Origin: Promethearchaeota archaeon
GTDB taxonomy: Archaea > Asgardarchaeota > Lokiarchaeia > Sigyniarchaeales > SOKP01
Assembly (NCBI GenBank): GCA_048939995.1
Contig: JBHLOY010000002.1
Span: 448,001-512,000, forward strand
DNA: 64,000 nucleotides
Direction: 5' to 3'
The notes under the pieces were generated by a model that had not been told where the DNA came from, ran no database searches, and saw only the letters and a program-made list of their open reading frames with translations. A program made the translations under genes and the position numbers. Below are positions 9,799 to 18,534 of this stretch, one piece after another. How positions within the stretch are numbered: the first letter of the stretch is position 1; every line of letters starts with the position of its first letter.

Positions 9799-10761
9799 TT
9801 AATATCTCATAACAGTTAACGAATCCTTACCATTATTTATTTTTAATTGATCTCCTTTTATTATTTTCCCAATTATCTTAGAAAATAACCCATATTGTAA
9901 AAAAGTTTCCAAAATTTTCTCTGAATTTTGTTCCGAGGCAGTTAGGATATATGAAGTAGTAAGATACATTTTTAAATATTTTTCCAAAGAATAATTCTGG
10001 TCTCTTAAAATTGGAGGTATCTCTATATTATTAATATTTACATTTGCTCCTACTTTAGAATATCGAATTAACTGCAATAAGGTTCCAAAAATGCCCCCAT
10101 TAGAGATATCTTTTGAAGAATTAGCTAAATGTTGTTTAGCGATTTGATGCATTGATTTTCTTTTGTGAAGAACTTGAGCAGTGCTTTTAAACGTCACAGT
10201 ATCCCAATAATACTCACTTGCTTTACCAATTTTTCCATCAAAATCAACAGATAAAATAATATCGTCGTTAAATTGTGCATTTAAAGCAGAGATATAATTT
10301 TTTTTCTCTATCTCACCAATTATAGTAGAACTAAGTTCATAATAATTACTCTTAGGCTTAGTATGCCCTCGTATAACGGGTATTTGAAACTTTTGAGATG
10401 CTTCGCATATCCCTTCAATAATTTTATGGCCAATATTTATCTCCTTATAAGAGATAATAATACTGGCGGCCAGAGGTGTTCCTCCACAACAATAAATATC
10501 ATCTACACCAACTAATAAAGAACTAAAACCTGCTCCATATGGATGATTCTCAACAAATTCTGTCTTAATTCGATCAGTAGTTAATAAGATATATTTATTA
10601 TTATCTTTAATAGCAGCGGAGTCTTCCCCTATATCTGAATAAATACGTTCATTTTTATATGAATTTTTATGAATAAATTGAACGAAAGGATTAATGTCTT
10701 TCTTTTCAATAACGTTTTTATTATTTCTTATGCTATTTGCTATAGTTTCTAACATATACAA
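9799..10761 (-). CDS. AIR synthase (PurM)-related protein
   Basis: GEDSAAI, VDDIYCCGGTP, GHT, KDISNGG PurM-superfamily motifs. Confidence 0.8.
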   Translation of the reverse strand: MYMLETIANSIRNNKNVIEKKDINPFVQFIHKNSYKNERIYSDIGEDSAAIKDNNKYILLTTDRIKTEFVENHPYGAGFSSLLVGVDDIYCCGGTPLAASIIISYKEINIGHKIIEGICEASQKFQIPVIRGHTKPKSNYYELSSTIIGEIEKKNYISALNAQFNDDIILSVDFDGKIGKASEYYWDTVTFKSTAQVLHKRKSMHQIAKQHLANSSKDISNGGIFGTLLQLIRYSKVGANVNINNIEIPPILRDQNYSLEKYLKMYLTTSYILTASEQNSEKILETFLQYGLFSKIIGKIIKGDQLKINNGKDSLTVMRY

Positions 10762-10876
10762 ATCTATTATATAAGGAATTTTAAAAATAGTATAATTACT
10801 CAGTTTATACTATTTAGTTCCAAAGTTATTGTACTTAATAATAATTATAAGTTTACCATATTTATATTTAAAGAAG

Positions 10877-12535
10877 ATGAAATCATCAATTAGATTCAAA
10901 TTATTAAAGTTAATTGCTATTATTATATTCGCAATTATATTTTTATTGCCCTTTTTTACAATTTCTAAATTTAAATTTAATTTTGAGTATGAAATTAAGT
11001 TATCTCAAGTTATATATCCAGAAATACTTTCATTTTCAAATGATAGATGTTTATCTATTGACGATAGTATTTTTCCTCATCATGTAGGAGTATCAATGGC
11101 AATAAGTGATAAGGGAATAATATTCGTAGGATGGAAGAACTCAGAAAGTCATAATGGAGGAGGAGCAAGAGTAAGTTTTGTAAGATCTCTTGATGGAGGA
11201 GAAACATGGACATATCCATACGACATGCCAATGTTTGAAGGGCACTCTACTAGACAGACACATCCATGGCTCTATTGGTTCAATGATACAACATATTATG
11301 CTTATACAGAGCATGAAGAAGGGTATTTAACACAAATTACAGTTGCTAAAAGTGATAATAATGGCGAAACATGGACACCTGTTAAAGCAACCAATGGAAG
11401 TTATTTTGCAAATAAGGAAACATTTATAGTCAGTAAAAATAATACCATTTATGTCGTTTATGGTGATTCAGATATGGAAACCAATTATACAACTATAAGA
11501 TTGAGTCGTTCAATAAATAGAGGGGCTTCATACCAAGAAATCAAAAATTTGGGGGGAGATGTTGACTTCATTGGTCCATACGTGACTTTAAATAGGACGG
11601 GGGATATCTTTATTGCGTGGACTTGGGTTCCTGAGTCAGGAGGAAATCTTTATTTTACCAAAAGTTCAGATGGTGGCCAAAATTTTGATCCTCCAAAGCT
11701 AATAAATCAAGATGGTAATTACTGCATGTTTGAGGAAATTAATTATGAACCTAGCAAAATCTCTTTACCTGTTCTTGAATTTGATCAAAATGATCGGCTT
11801 TATATAGTATGGGCTGATAAATTCGATCAGCAAGGAGATACTTGGGATGTTTTTTTAAGATATTCAGATGATTTTGGTTCAACTTGGAGTAACCGAATAA
11901 GAATTAATCCTTCAATTATAGGGCATCAATGGAACCCTGATGTGGCAATTGATAAATCAGGCAGGCTTCATATTGTTTATTACAGTGAAGATGAAGATAG
12001 ATACAAGCCTTATTATCGGACTCTAAATTTTACGGGACCCAATCGCAATATAACAGTATTTTCTGAAGAAATTGCGATTGCACGGGGTTTTACCTCCAGT
12101 ATATTTACTAGGCCTGGTGAATATTTTGCCATTCAACTTGATAGTAATAATATTCCGCACATAGCTTGGTCTGAAGGAAGAAATTATGATATGGATATTT
12201 ACTATTCCCATGGACTCACTTATGAGACCCCTTATCCATATCCGAATGAAATAATAACTGTTATAATAGTTATACTTATCGCTGGTATTATTTCTATGGT
12301 CATAATTTTTTATATCAAACATAAACATAGATTAATTGAGACAAATCATAAAATCTCATATAAGGGATTAGATAGCAAGGCAAAAAATTACATGAAAACC
12401 TTTGTATATATTTGTAGTAATTGTCATAAATTTTCCCATACTTTGAGAGAGTATTGTGAGAGTTGTGGTGCTAAAAATACTCTTAAACATGCTTCTAAAG
12501 AAGATTATCTCAATTATTTGCCAGATTTAAAATAA
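10877..12535 (+). CDS. BNR/Asp-box (sialidase-like) beta-propeller membrane protein with cytoplasmic zinc ribbon
   Basis: Repeated SxDxGxTW boxes (SLDGGETW, SDNNGETW, SSDGGQNF, SDDFGSTW); N-terminal signal/TM; second TM; C-terminal CSNC..CESC. Confidence 0.8.
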   Translation: MKSSIRFKLLKLIAIIIFAIIFLLPFFTISKFKFNFEYEIKLSQVIYPEILSFSNDRCLSIDDSIFPHHVGVSMAISDKGIIFVGWKNSESHNGGGARVSFVRSLDGGETWTYPYDMPMFEGHSTRQTHPWLYWFNDTTYYAYTEHEEGYLTQITVAKSDNNGETWTPVKATNGSYFANKETFIVSKNNTIYVVYGDSDMETNYTTIRLSRSINRGASYQEIKNLGGDVDFIGPYVTLNRTGDIFIAWTWVPESGGNLYFTKSSDGGQNFDPPKLINQDGNYCMFEEINYEPSKISLPVLEFDQNDRLYIVWADKFDQQGDTWDVFLRYSDDFGSTWSNRIRINPSIIGHQWNPDVAIDKSGRLHIVYYSEDEDRYKPYYRTLNFTGPNRNITVFSEEIAIARGFTSSIFTRPGEYFAIQLDSNNIPHIAWSEGRNYDMDIYYSHGLTYETPYPYPNEIITVIIVILIAGIISMVIIFYIKHKHRLIETNHKISYKGLDSKAKNYMKTFVYICSNCHKFSHTLREYCESCGAKNTLKHASKEDYLNYLPDLK

Positions 12536-12657
12536 ATCTTTTAATATTGACATTTCTTTAATACTTAATTAGAATAGAAAAATGAAGTAAACTTTTTTAA
12601 TACTTATCCTAAAAAATAATATAACTATAATTTTAAATTAATCATAAGTTTTAGGGA

Positions 12658-14151
12658 ATGGAAAAATTACTTAACACTTCAATAATAAAGGGATTTGTTT
12701 TTAGTGCCTATGAAAAATTAGGACCTCAGCCTATTTTCATGTTTCCAGAACCAATCGACCAGAATGACATAAAAGATGAAAAGAGCTCAATAGAAGAGAC
12801 TTTCAATTTAACTCTACGAGATTACACACAAATCTCTATAAAAAATTTAAGTCTTTTGATAGGAGATGGCACAATCCTAGATAATGTTGATGTTGAGAAA
12901 TACCAGTATTTTGGAATAATTCCCTTTCCGGATTTTAATTTAACCTCTTTAACTTTTTTTCATTTTGTAAACGTGAGATTTTCTGAGAAACCGCTAGCGA
13001 CAGCATTCTCATTACTTGTAGATGAAAACAAAAGAAGTTTTTTGTATAATAATATTAATAGATTGAAAAATATAGTTTTGGATTTCTTCCAATTATTTGA
13101 TAAGGAATTGATTGATGGATATAAGCCATACAAAGAGGTAGAACATCTATTCAAAAGCCTTTTGGAAAATGTGGTTAAAATTGAGGAAACCCCTACAACT
13201 CCGTTTACTACTCAGAGAAAAATGAAAATTATATTTGCGGGTTTAGATGATTCAGGTAAAACTTCATTCTTGTTATCAATAGACCGGAAATTTTCTAAAT
13301 TGATGGGATTAAAACCAACTATTGGAGCTCAAGTTAGCTCTATTAACGCATTTGGAGCGAATATATTCTTATGGGATCTTGGGGGTCAAGTAAATTTGAG
13401 AAAAAGTTACCTTGACAGAGCACAAATTTATTTATATGAAGCAGATTTAATGTTTTATTTCATTGATATTAAGAATAAAAGTAGATTTGATGAAAGTATT
13501 GATTACCTCCAAGAAGTAAATAAAATCATAAATAACTTTAATCAAGTAACTCCTATCATATATATTTTATCAAAAGGTGATCCTGACATTATTGAATCGA
13601 AAGAGATTCAAGAAAATCTGCAAATAATTAAAGAAAAATTGAATAATATTGAACAGTTACAAGAGATTCATGTAACTACAATATTCCAAATCTATTCTAT
13701 TTTAAGGGCTTTTTCTTCTGGATTATCAAAATTAAGTCCTAATAAAGATTTGATTGATCATAATCTGAAAACTTTTTCGATGGAAACAGCTGCTTATTTA
13801 ACCTTGATTCTAAGTAGTGATGGATTAGTTTTGGCTGAAGATTATTTGCCTGAGGCAGTCTCTTTGACAAAGATCCCTCATTCTGCAGAATTATTAAACA
13901 TATTTGAAGTTACAGCACCTCAATTTGCAATATTGTTCAAAATATTCTCCAAGTATAAAGCACTTAGAGAAAATGAAGCTATATTTAAAGTAGCAGATTC
14001 CACAATACTTTTTAAAAGAATAAATGTCTATAGGTATGAGATGTATATTCTCTTTCTCTTAGATGATGAATCTAAAAAAGAGAAAATAAATCAATTATTA
14101 CCAGCGTTTCTTAAACGTACACAGGATTTATTAATTAGGTATATTTCTTAG
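12658..14151 (+). CDS. Arf/Rag-like small GTPase with N-terminal uDENN/longin-like and C-terminal roadblock-like domains (paralog of 2477..3889)
   Basis: YEKLGPQP, FGIIPFPD, GLDDSGKT, PTIG, DLGGQ, atypical G4 SKGD, LILSSDGLVLAE. Confidence 0.82.
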   Translation: MEKLLNTSIIKGFVFSAYEKLGPQPIFMFPEPIDQNDIKDEKSSIEETFNLTLRDYTQISIKNLSLLIGDGTILDNVDVEKYQYFGIIPFPDFNLTSLTFFHFVNVRFSEKPLATAFSLLVDENKRSFLYNNINRLKNIVLDFFQLFDKELIDGYKPYKEVEHLFKSLLENVVKIEETPTTPFTTQRKMKIIFAGLDDSGKTSFLLSIDRKFSKLMGLKPTIGAQVSSINAFGANIFLWDLGGQVNLRKSYLDRAQIYLYEADLMFYFIDIKNKSRFDESIDYLQEVNKIINNFNQVTPIIYILSKGDPDIIESKEIQENLQIIKEKLNNIEQLQEIHVTTIFQIYSILRAFSSGLSKLSPNKDLIDHNLKTFSMETAAYLTLILSSDGLVLAEDYLPEAVSLTKIPHSAELLNIFEVTAPQFAILFKIFSKYKALRENEAIFKVADSTILFKRINVYRYEMYILFLLDDESKKEKINQLLPAFLKRTQDLLIRYIS

Positions 14152-15050
14152 AAGATTTTCTTTAAGGGTGTTAAATCTGAGATATTTTTTCTTAATACCC
14201 TTTTTCTATAATATGAGTTTATGCCTGAAATTAAGGATAATGCAGGAACAATGCATTTTGTAAATTTTATAGGACCAAATAAGACAAAATCACTTCCACT
14301 ATTTAGACAGTAAGCCATTATTGATGCGATTGCACCACACCTAGCACTTTCTCCAAATTTCTTTATAAAATTCCACCCATATATAGCATTTGCTGGTGCA
14401 AATCCAGTTGGAACACCAAGCTCATTTTTTACTAATCTTGTGGTCTCAACATTAATTCCTATAGAGGGTAAATCTAATACAGCTGTATCAACAATATAGT
14501 TTTCAATATTCGCTTTTTTAGCTTTAGGAATAAGGTTATTTTTTAAAAATTCAATTTTTTGATGTGGAAAAATATATTTTGTCCCAAAAGTTAATAAAAC
14601 AGCACATTTAACTCCAATATCTCTTAATTTAGATAGATTTTCTTCAGAAGTATTTTCATCAATACTATTCAATATTGCTTTATCTAACAAACCAATTTCT
14701 TTTAAAGTTTCCATAGCGGGGATACGAGACTCATCGTTTAAACCATCAACTAAAAAGGGATAATCAACAATCTCAGACACAACCTCACATTCTTTTACAA
14801 GTGCCTCTGAATATGCACCCACGATATCTATAATCCCTTGCATATTTGTATCTTCAATTATTTCAGAAAACTCATTTAACTCTTTCTCTAAAAGTACTTT
14901 ATCAATTTTTCCAATTTTTTCATCTAATAAAGCCGCATGTTTTGCATAAAAAACTGTACCGATCATTACAGTAGGATTCTCCCCTGGCTCTCCTCCAAGT
15001 TTCACATTACCTATTTCAATAACCTTTTGATCTTTCTCATATGTTAACAT
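14148..15050 (-). CDS. mtrH: MtrH/MtgA-family pterin-dependent methyltransferase
   Basis: EQKV-like N-terminus, GGEPGENPTVMIGTVFY, NSI, GFAPAN, GSDFVLFGPI. Confidence 0.8.
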   Translation of the reverse strand: MLTYEKDQKVIEIGNVKLGGEPGENPTVMIGTVFYAKHAALLDEKIGKIDKVLLEKELNEFSEIIEDTNMQGIIDIVGAYSEALVKECEVVSEIVDYPFLVDGLNDESRIPAMETLKEIGLLDKAILNSIDENTSEENLSKLRDIGVKCAVLLTFGTKYIFPHQKIEFLKNNLIPKAKKANIENYIVDTAVLDLPSIGINVETTRLVKNELGVPTGFAPANAIYGWNFIKKFGESARCGAIASIMAYCLNSGSDFVLFGPIKFTKCIVPALSLISGINSYYRKRVLRKNISDLTPLKKIF

Positions 15051-15077
15051 ATCGATTCACTTTTTTCGCTTAATTAT

Positions 15078-16127
15078 CTAATCTGGAATTTTTTCTTTTA
15101 CTTTACTTTTCTTTCCAAATCTTTTCTTAAATAATGTTCCAGTATAAATTATACTTATGATAAATTCTGGTATCCATTTATGAAGTAATAAGATTATTAT
15201 CGCAGCGATAAATGAAGAAGCTGCACTTATCGATACATGGATTGACTCCCATGGATACCCGATATTATATAATTCTATTTGAATCAGCATACGAATAATG
15301 TTGACAATATAAAAGATAAGTGAGGAAATTACAAGTGACTTTGCTTTTCTCCAGATTATGTCTCTGTTAGTTCTTTTATCTTTAGAATGAGGAATGAATA
15401 AAATAATACCTGCAAATACACAGATTGCCTGAATCCCCGTACAAAATGTCTCAAAGGATATACCATTTGAAAATGCCCATTCATGAATGCCGCCAGGTGT
15501 ATAAACTGCGCTTACATCCATATTGAAGAATAGATTTAAGAAAAATGCAGTTTGTTTGACTGTTATCTCATGAAGCCAATACATTGCTGGCTGGTCAAAA
15601 AAGAAGTATATCCCTAAAGCCAATAGAGGTGCTCCAATACCAAGAAAAATTAAAGATCGAATAGAAAATATATACTTTTTTCCTTCAAACTCGATAACTG
15701 GTTGACTAAATACCTGAGTATCTATCTCCTTTAATTTTGGGTTTCTAATATATTTTAAATCTTTAAAATATTTGTCAATAATTACTAATTCTAAAATTAT
15801 TAATAACGGAAGCATCAGGAACGCAAAATTGTACTTACTCTCAGTTTGTAGCTGGGGAGTTGTAAATCCGATAACAAAAGAAAATATTGAATTTAAAATA
15901 ATCATTACTATAGCCCAAATTTTTTTACGAATGGGTAAACCAGCTATAAGAGATCTGATAATAATTAAAGAATGAAATAATAGTAGAATAATTGCTGCTC
16001 CAATTAAGAGTAAGTTGATTATTATAGAAAAATTTAGTGATATAATTAATCCTATAAAGAATTCAGCAATCAAAATAATTGATTGCATCGACCATATAAA
16101 ATATTTATTTAACTCTGAAAATTTCAT
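15078..16127 (-). CDS. Archaeosortase/exosortase family protein
   Basis: Polytopic; catalytic Cys (FCTGIQ), Arg (VNIIR), His (WESIH). Confidence 0.8.
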   Translation of the reverse strand: MKFSELNKYFIWSMQSIILIAEFFIGLIISLNFSIIINLLLIGAAIILLLFHSLIIIRSLIAGLPIRKKIWAIVMIILNSIFSFVIGFTTPQLQTESKYNFAFLMLPLLIILELVIIDKYFKDLKYIRNPKLKEIDTQVFSQPVIEFEGKKYIFSIRSLIFLGIGAPLLALGIYFFFDQPAMYWLHEITVKQTAFFLNLFFNMDVSAVYTPGGIHEWAFSNGISFETFCTGIQAICVFAGIILFIPHSKDKRTNRDIIWRKAKSLVISSLIFYIVNIIRMLIQIELYNIGYPWESIHVSISAASSFIAAIIILLLHKWIPEFIISIIYTGTLFKKRFGKKSKVKEKIPD

Positions 16128-16342
16128 GGTGAGTTTAAAAAAATCTAATAATAACGAAGTTAATATAAGAATTGTAAAAAGCTTTATGACATGAAATCAC
16201 TATTAAAGTGTAATTTCTAGTTTTAAAATATAACTTCAATTTTAAAAAAGTTCTTTACTTGTTAAAATTAAGAATAAATTTTTTTTTCTATTATAAATTT
16301 AGATGGTTAGATTAAAAATTACTAAATAAGGGAAGAATAGTA

Positions 16343-17080
16343 ATGCCAGAAAATGATAAAAATTCTCAAGATATAGAAAAAGAGGAGGAAGTAAGCACTG
16401 CCAATTCTGATGAAGTTATATCAGAAGAAAAAGAAGAAGAAACCCCTAAAACTAAATTTACTTTCAAATGCACACGAGATGATAAATGCTGCCTTGAACG
16501 TGGCCCAATCCCTATCACATTTTGGGATTTAGAATTATGGGCGCGAAACGGAGTAATTGCCAACTTTCTGCCTTACTTAGATGTCTATAATAAACCAAAT
16601 GGTACTGTAGATCTAATATTAAAACCAATACCTCCAAAACCCGAAGAAGGAGAAGAGGATGCTCAAAAAAGTCCTTTCGAAACTCCATCGATTGATGAAT
16701 TATTAGAAGTGAAATGTCCTTTATATAATAAAGATGACAAGAAATGTTTAGTTTATGAACACCGCCCTTTAAGCTGTAGGGTTTATCCACTTGAGTTTGA
16801 TGGGAAAAACTTTAGTATTGTTGACGTTGATTGCCCAGGAATTGGAGAGGAAGGGATGACAAAGGAAGAACTTAAAGAAATGCGTGATTCGGCTAAAATG
16901 ATGTACTATGAACTAACAAGGATGCGGATTGCATTACCTGTATTAAATCAAGTACTCTCCCAAAAAATAATGATGGATTTAATGCGTCAAAATCTAGAGG
17001 TTATGAGTAAAATAAGTGATGAAGATAGAGAAAAATTAGATGAAATCTTTAAAAAAACAAAACCAGAACCAACTGAATAA
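16343..17080 (+). CDS. YkgJ family cysteine-cluster (Zn/Fe-chelating) protein
   Basis: FKC..KCC, CPLY, CLVYEHRPLSCRVYP, CPGIG. Confidence 0.85.
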   Translation: MPENDKNSQDIEKEEEVSTANSDEVISEEKEEETPKTKFTFKCTRDDKCCLERGPIPITFWDLELWARNGVIANFLPYLDVYNKPNGTVDLILKPIPPKPEEGEEDAQKSPFETPSIDELLEVKCPLYNKDDKKCLVYEHRPLSCRVYPLEFDGKNFSIVDVDCPGIGEEGMTKEELKEMRDSAKMMYYELTRMRIALPVLNQVLSQKIMMDLMRQNLEVMSKISDEDREKLDEIFKKTKPEPTE

Positions 17081-17114
17081 TTTCTATACATTTTAATTAC
17101 CTTTTTTATTAAAT

Positions 17115-17636
17115 ATGAAAGAACTAAAAGTTGGAAATTCGGAAATTAAGTTGATTCAGGGAGATATTACCGAAATGAACACTGATGTAATCGTAAATGC
17201 AGCAAATTCCCAGCTAATTTTAGGAGGGGGTGTTGCTGGTGCAATACGAAAAAAGGGAGGACCAAAAATTCAAGAAGAATGCAGCAAGATCGGTAGCACT
17301 TATGTTGGTGGAGCAGTCATAACCACAGGTGGCAATTTGAAAGTGAAATACGTAATTCATGCAGTTGGTCCACGTATGGGCGAAGGCTCAGAGGATGAGA
17401 AACTAAAGAATGCCACTTTGAATAGTCTCAAATTAATGGATGAAAAACAATTGCATACTATCGCATTTCCAGCAATTTCCACAGGAATATTTGGCTACCC
17501 TATAGATAGATGTGCAAAAATAATGATATCGACCACTAAAGAATACTTAAATTCAATAAAAAGCCAGATTAAAACTGTGATATTTTGTCTGTATACACAA
17601 TCTGATTTTGCAGTTTTTGAAAAAGAATTAAGGTAA
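17115..17636 (+). CDS. Macro domain protein (ADP-ribose binding/hydrolase)
   Basis: GDIT, VNAAN, GGGVAGAI, HAVGP, PAISTGIFGYP. Confidence 0.95.
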   Translation: MKELKVGNSEIKLIQGDITEMNTDVIVNAANSQLILGGGVAGAIRKKGGPKIQEECSKIGSTYVGGAVITTGGNLKVKYVIHAVGPRMGEGSEDEKLKNATLNSLKLMDEKQLHTIAFPAISTGIFGYPIDRCAKIMISTTKEYLNSIKSQIKTVIFCLYTQSDFAVFEKELR

Positions 17637-17750
17637 ATTACAAAAGATTTGACAATTGAGTATAAGAGACTTATCAGTAAGATTTTTTAAACTTGACTTC
17701 CAAAAGAAAAATGATACCAAAAAATTAAAAATTTGAGGCTATAATATTCA

Positions 17751-18383
17751 ATGGGAGAATCTTCTAAAGCAAAAGATCTAATCGAAAAGATAAAGGTATT
17801 TTTAAAAAAAGAAAAACCACATATTAAACTCTTTGACGAAAGAATAAAAAGATTGTTTCAAATAGCAGGTTGGGGTATTTTTATTGGATGTGTCATTTAT
17901 TGGATTTTTTATATGTTCATTGCCCAAGATTTTACAGCAGTTTTAGCTACTACTTATTTTACAGTAGTTTTAATTAGTTTGACTTGTATTTTCAAGCTTG
18001 AATCTGTTTTTCTGAATACTATCACCTGTTTAACCTTTTATGGTTTTTTAAACATTACAATAGCCTTCATTCCACAGGTTGATGACTTTTTTACCTTGAT
18101 GGTGGCGCCTCTCTTACATGGAATAATCGCAGGGTTTCAACTCTTCCTTATATTTCACCCAAAAGTCCCTATAAGTAAAAAATATCTACTATGGGGTGTG
18201 CTATTTTTCTCTATTTTTATGGTCGCTTATGATGATTACGGTCGATTTAGTTATATAACAGGTTTAAGTGAATTAATTCCTTTTGCAGCTGAATTTATGA
18301 AAGCTTATGCATTTTATGCTCTAATTTTTTCAGCAATCGGTATTTATATTTATAAAAGACTATTTGGGATACTTGTCAACTAA
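17751..18383 (+). CDS. Hypothetical multi-pass membrane protein
   Basis: About 6 hydrophobic segments. Confidence 0.6.
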   Translation: MGESSKAKDLIEKIKVFLKKEKPHIKLFDERIKRLFQIAGWGIFIGCVIYWIFYMFIAQDFTAVLATTYFTVVLISLTCIFKLESVFLNTITCLTFYGFLNITIAFIPQVDDFFTLMVAPLLHGIIAGFQLFLIFHPKVPISKKYLLWGVLFFSIFMVAYDDYGRFSYITGLSELIPFAAEFMKAYAFYALIFSAIGIYIYKRLFGILVN

Positions 18384-18534
18384 TAACTTGAATCTAAAGT
18401 TATCAACTTATCTTTAATTTAGGATAAAGTTTACAGAAAATTAGGGTAAATTATATTTACTCCTTCCTTATAAAATAAATTAAAATCAAAAAGAAATAAA
18501 AATTAATTTTAACTAGTCAAAAACTAATCTTATT

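Noticed and set aside
9799-10761. Possible selenophosphate synthetase (SelD) or ThiL
   Set aside because: No N-terminal Cys/Sec-x-x-Lys SelD motif; only general PurM-superfamily motifs can be supported
14148-15050. Evidence of methanogenesis
   Set aside because: MtrH alone is not diagnostic; no mcr or other mtr subunits in the window
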